A stretch of DNA of 64,000 bases from Squalus acanthias (Eukaryota): NCBI GenBank assembly GCA_030390025.1, contig CM059432.1:11222001-11286000 (forward strand), written 5' to 3'. Numbering within the stretch: the first letter of the stretch is position 1; every line of letters starts with the position of its first letter. The notes under the pieces are model-generated. The model had not been told where the DNA came from, made no database searches, and worked only from the letters and a program-made list of their open reading frames with translations. The translations under genes were made by a program, and so were the position numbers. Positions 62,532 to 64,000 of this stretch are shown here, piece by piece.

Positions 62532-64000
62532 ATAACATAAGAAATAGGAGCAGGAGTAGGCCATTTGGTCCCTCGAGCCTGCTCCGCCATTCAATAATAT
62601 CATGGCTGATCTGATCTTGGCCTCAACTCCCACTTTCCTGCCCGCTCCCCATAACCCTTGACTCCCCTATAGTTCAAAAATCTGTCTATCTCCACCTTAA
62701 ATATATTCAATGACCCAGCCTCCACAGCTCTCTGGGGTAGAGAATTCCAAAGATTCACAACCCTCTGAGAGAAGAAATTCCTCCTTATCTCCGTTTTTAT
62801 GGGCGATCCCTTATTCTGAAACTATGCCCTCTAGTTTTAGATTCCCCCACGAGGGGAAACACCCTCTCTGCATCTACCCTGTCAAGCCCCCTCAAAATCT
62901 TGTATGTTTCAACAAAATCACCTCTCATTTTTCTAAACTCCAATGAGTATAGGCTCAACCTTTCTTCATAAGACAACCCTTTCATCTCAGGAATCAACCT
63001 CGTGAACCTTCTCTGAACTACCTCCAATGCAAGTATATCCCTCCTTAAATAAGGAGACCAAAACTGTACGCGGTACTCCAGGTGTGGTCTCACCAACGCC
63101 TTGTACAGTTGTAGCAAGACTTCCCTACTTTTATACTCCATCTCCCTTGCAATAAAGGCCAACATTCCATTTGCCTTCCTAATTACTTGCTGTACCTGCA
63201 TGCTAACTTTTTGTGTTTCGTGTACAAGGACCCCCAGATCCCTCTGTACTGCAGCATTTTGTAGTCTCTCTCCATTTAAATAATTTTCTTTTTTATTCTT
63301 CCTACCAAAGTGGATAACCTCACATTTTCCCACATTATACTCCATCTGCCAAATTTTTGCCCACTCAATTAACCTATCTATATCCCTTTGCAGATTCTTT
63401 GTGTCTTCCTCACAACTTGCTTTCCCACCTATCTTTGTATCATCAGCAAATTTGGCTACATTACACTTGGTCCCTTCATTCAAGTCATGAATATAGATTG
63501 TAAATAGTTGAGGCCCAGCACTGATCCCTGTGGCACCCCACTAGTTACAGTTTGCCAACCTGAAAATGACCCATTTATCCTGACTCTCTGTTTTCTGTTA
63601 ATTAGCCAATCCTCTATCCATGCTAATATATTACCCCCAACCATGTGAGCTCTTATCTTGTGCAGTAACCTTTTATGTGGCAGCTTATCGAATGCCTTCT
63701 GGAAATCCAAATACACTACATCTACTGGTTCCCCTTTATCCACCCTGGTTGTTATATCATCAAAGAACTCTAGCAAATTTGTCAAACATGATTTCCCTTT
63801 CATAAAACAATGCTGACTCTGCTTGATTGTATTATGATTTTCTAAATGTTCTGCTACTGCTTCCTTAATAATGGACTCCAGCATTTTCCCAATGACAGAT
63901 GTTAGGCTAACTGATCTATTGTTTCCTGCTTTCTGTCTCCTTCCTTTCTTGAATAGGGGTGTTATGTTTGCGATTTTCCAATCCGCTGGGACCCCCTCCA
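62532..64000 (-). mobile_element. CR1 LINE 3' portion, runs off the window
   Basis: ORFs 62797..63483 and 63480..63884 carry RT motifs; tail at 62532. Confidence 0.95.

Noticed and set aside
19680..64000. Further LDLRAD4 coding exons (transmembrane SELEF.. exon; the upstream start exon was also sought in 1-19538)
   Set aside because: No matching spliceable frames found by eye; they probably lie outside the window, though short or diverged exons could have been missed.

Overview
Repeat-dense vertebrate genomic DNA, almost certainly from a cartilaginous fish (inferred from HE1/V-SINE-like and SacSINE1/DeuSINE-like SINEs plus abundant CR1, L2 and Penelope-like elements). The only host coding sequence I can support is one 141-nt phase 1-1 exon (19539-19679, +) encoding an LDL-receptor class A module that matches LDLRAD4 (C18orf1). 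The rest of the window is therefore probably two long LDLRAD4 introns. Nearly every long ORF in the track is CR1-group LINE sequence. Highlights: (1) a 1,756-bp TG...CA solo LTR with a 4-bp TSD and foamy-virus-like proportions; (2) a single-ORF CR1-group LINE family whose 5' end is a tRNA-like Pol III head; (3) two diverged copies of a Harbinger-type MITE with fully compensated hairpins and clustered consensus splice donors; (4) two nearly identical, identically crippled CR1 copies forming a ~3.1-kb inverted repeat around the LDLRAD4 exon, the second inside a four-level nested insertion; (5) a Penelope-type minimal hammerhead ribozyme. Boundaries of degraded repeats are approximate and were read by eye; no searches were run.
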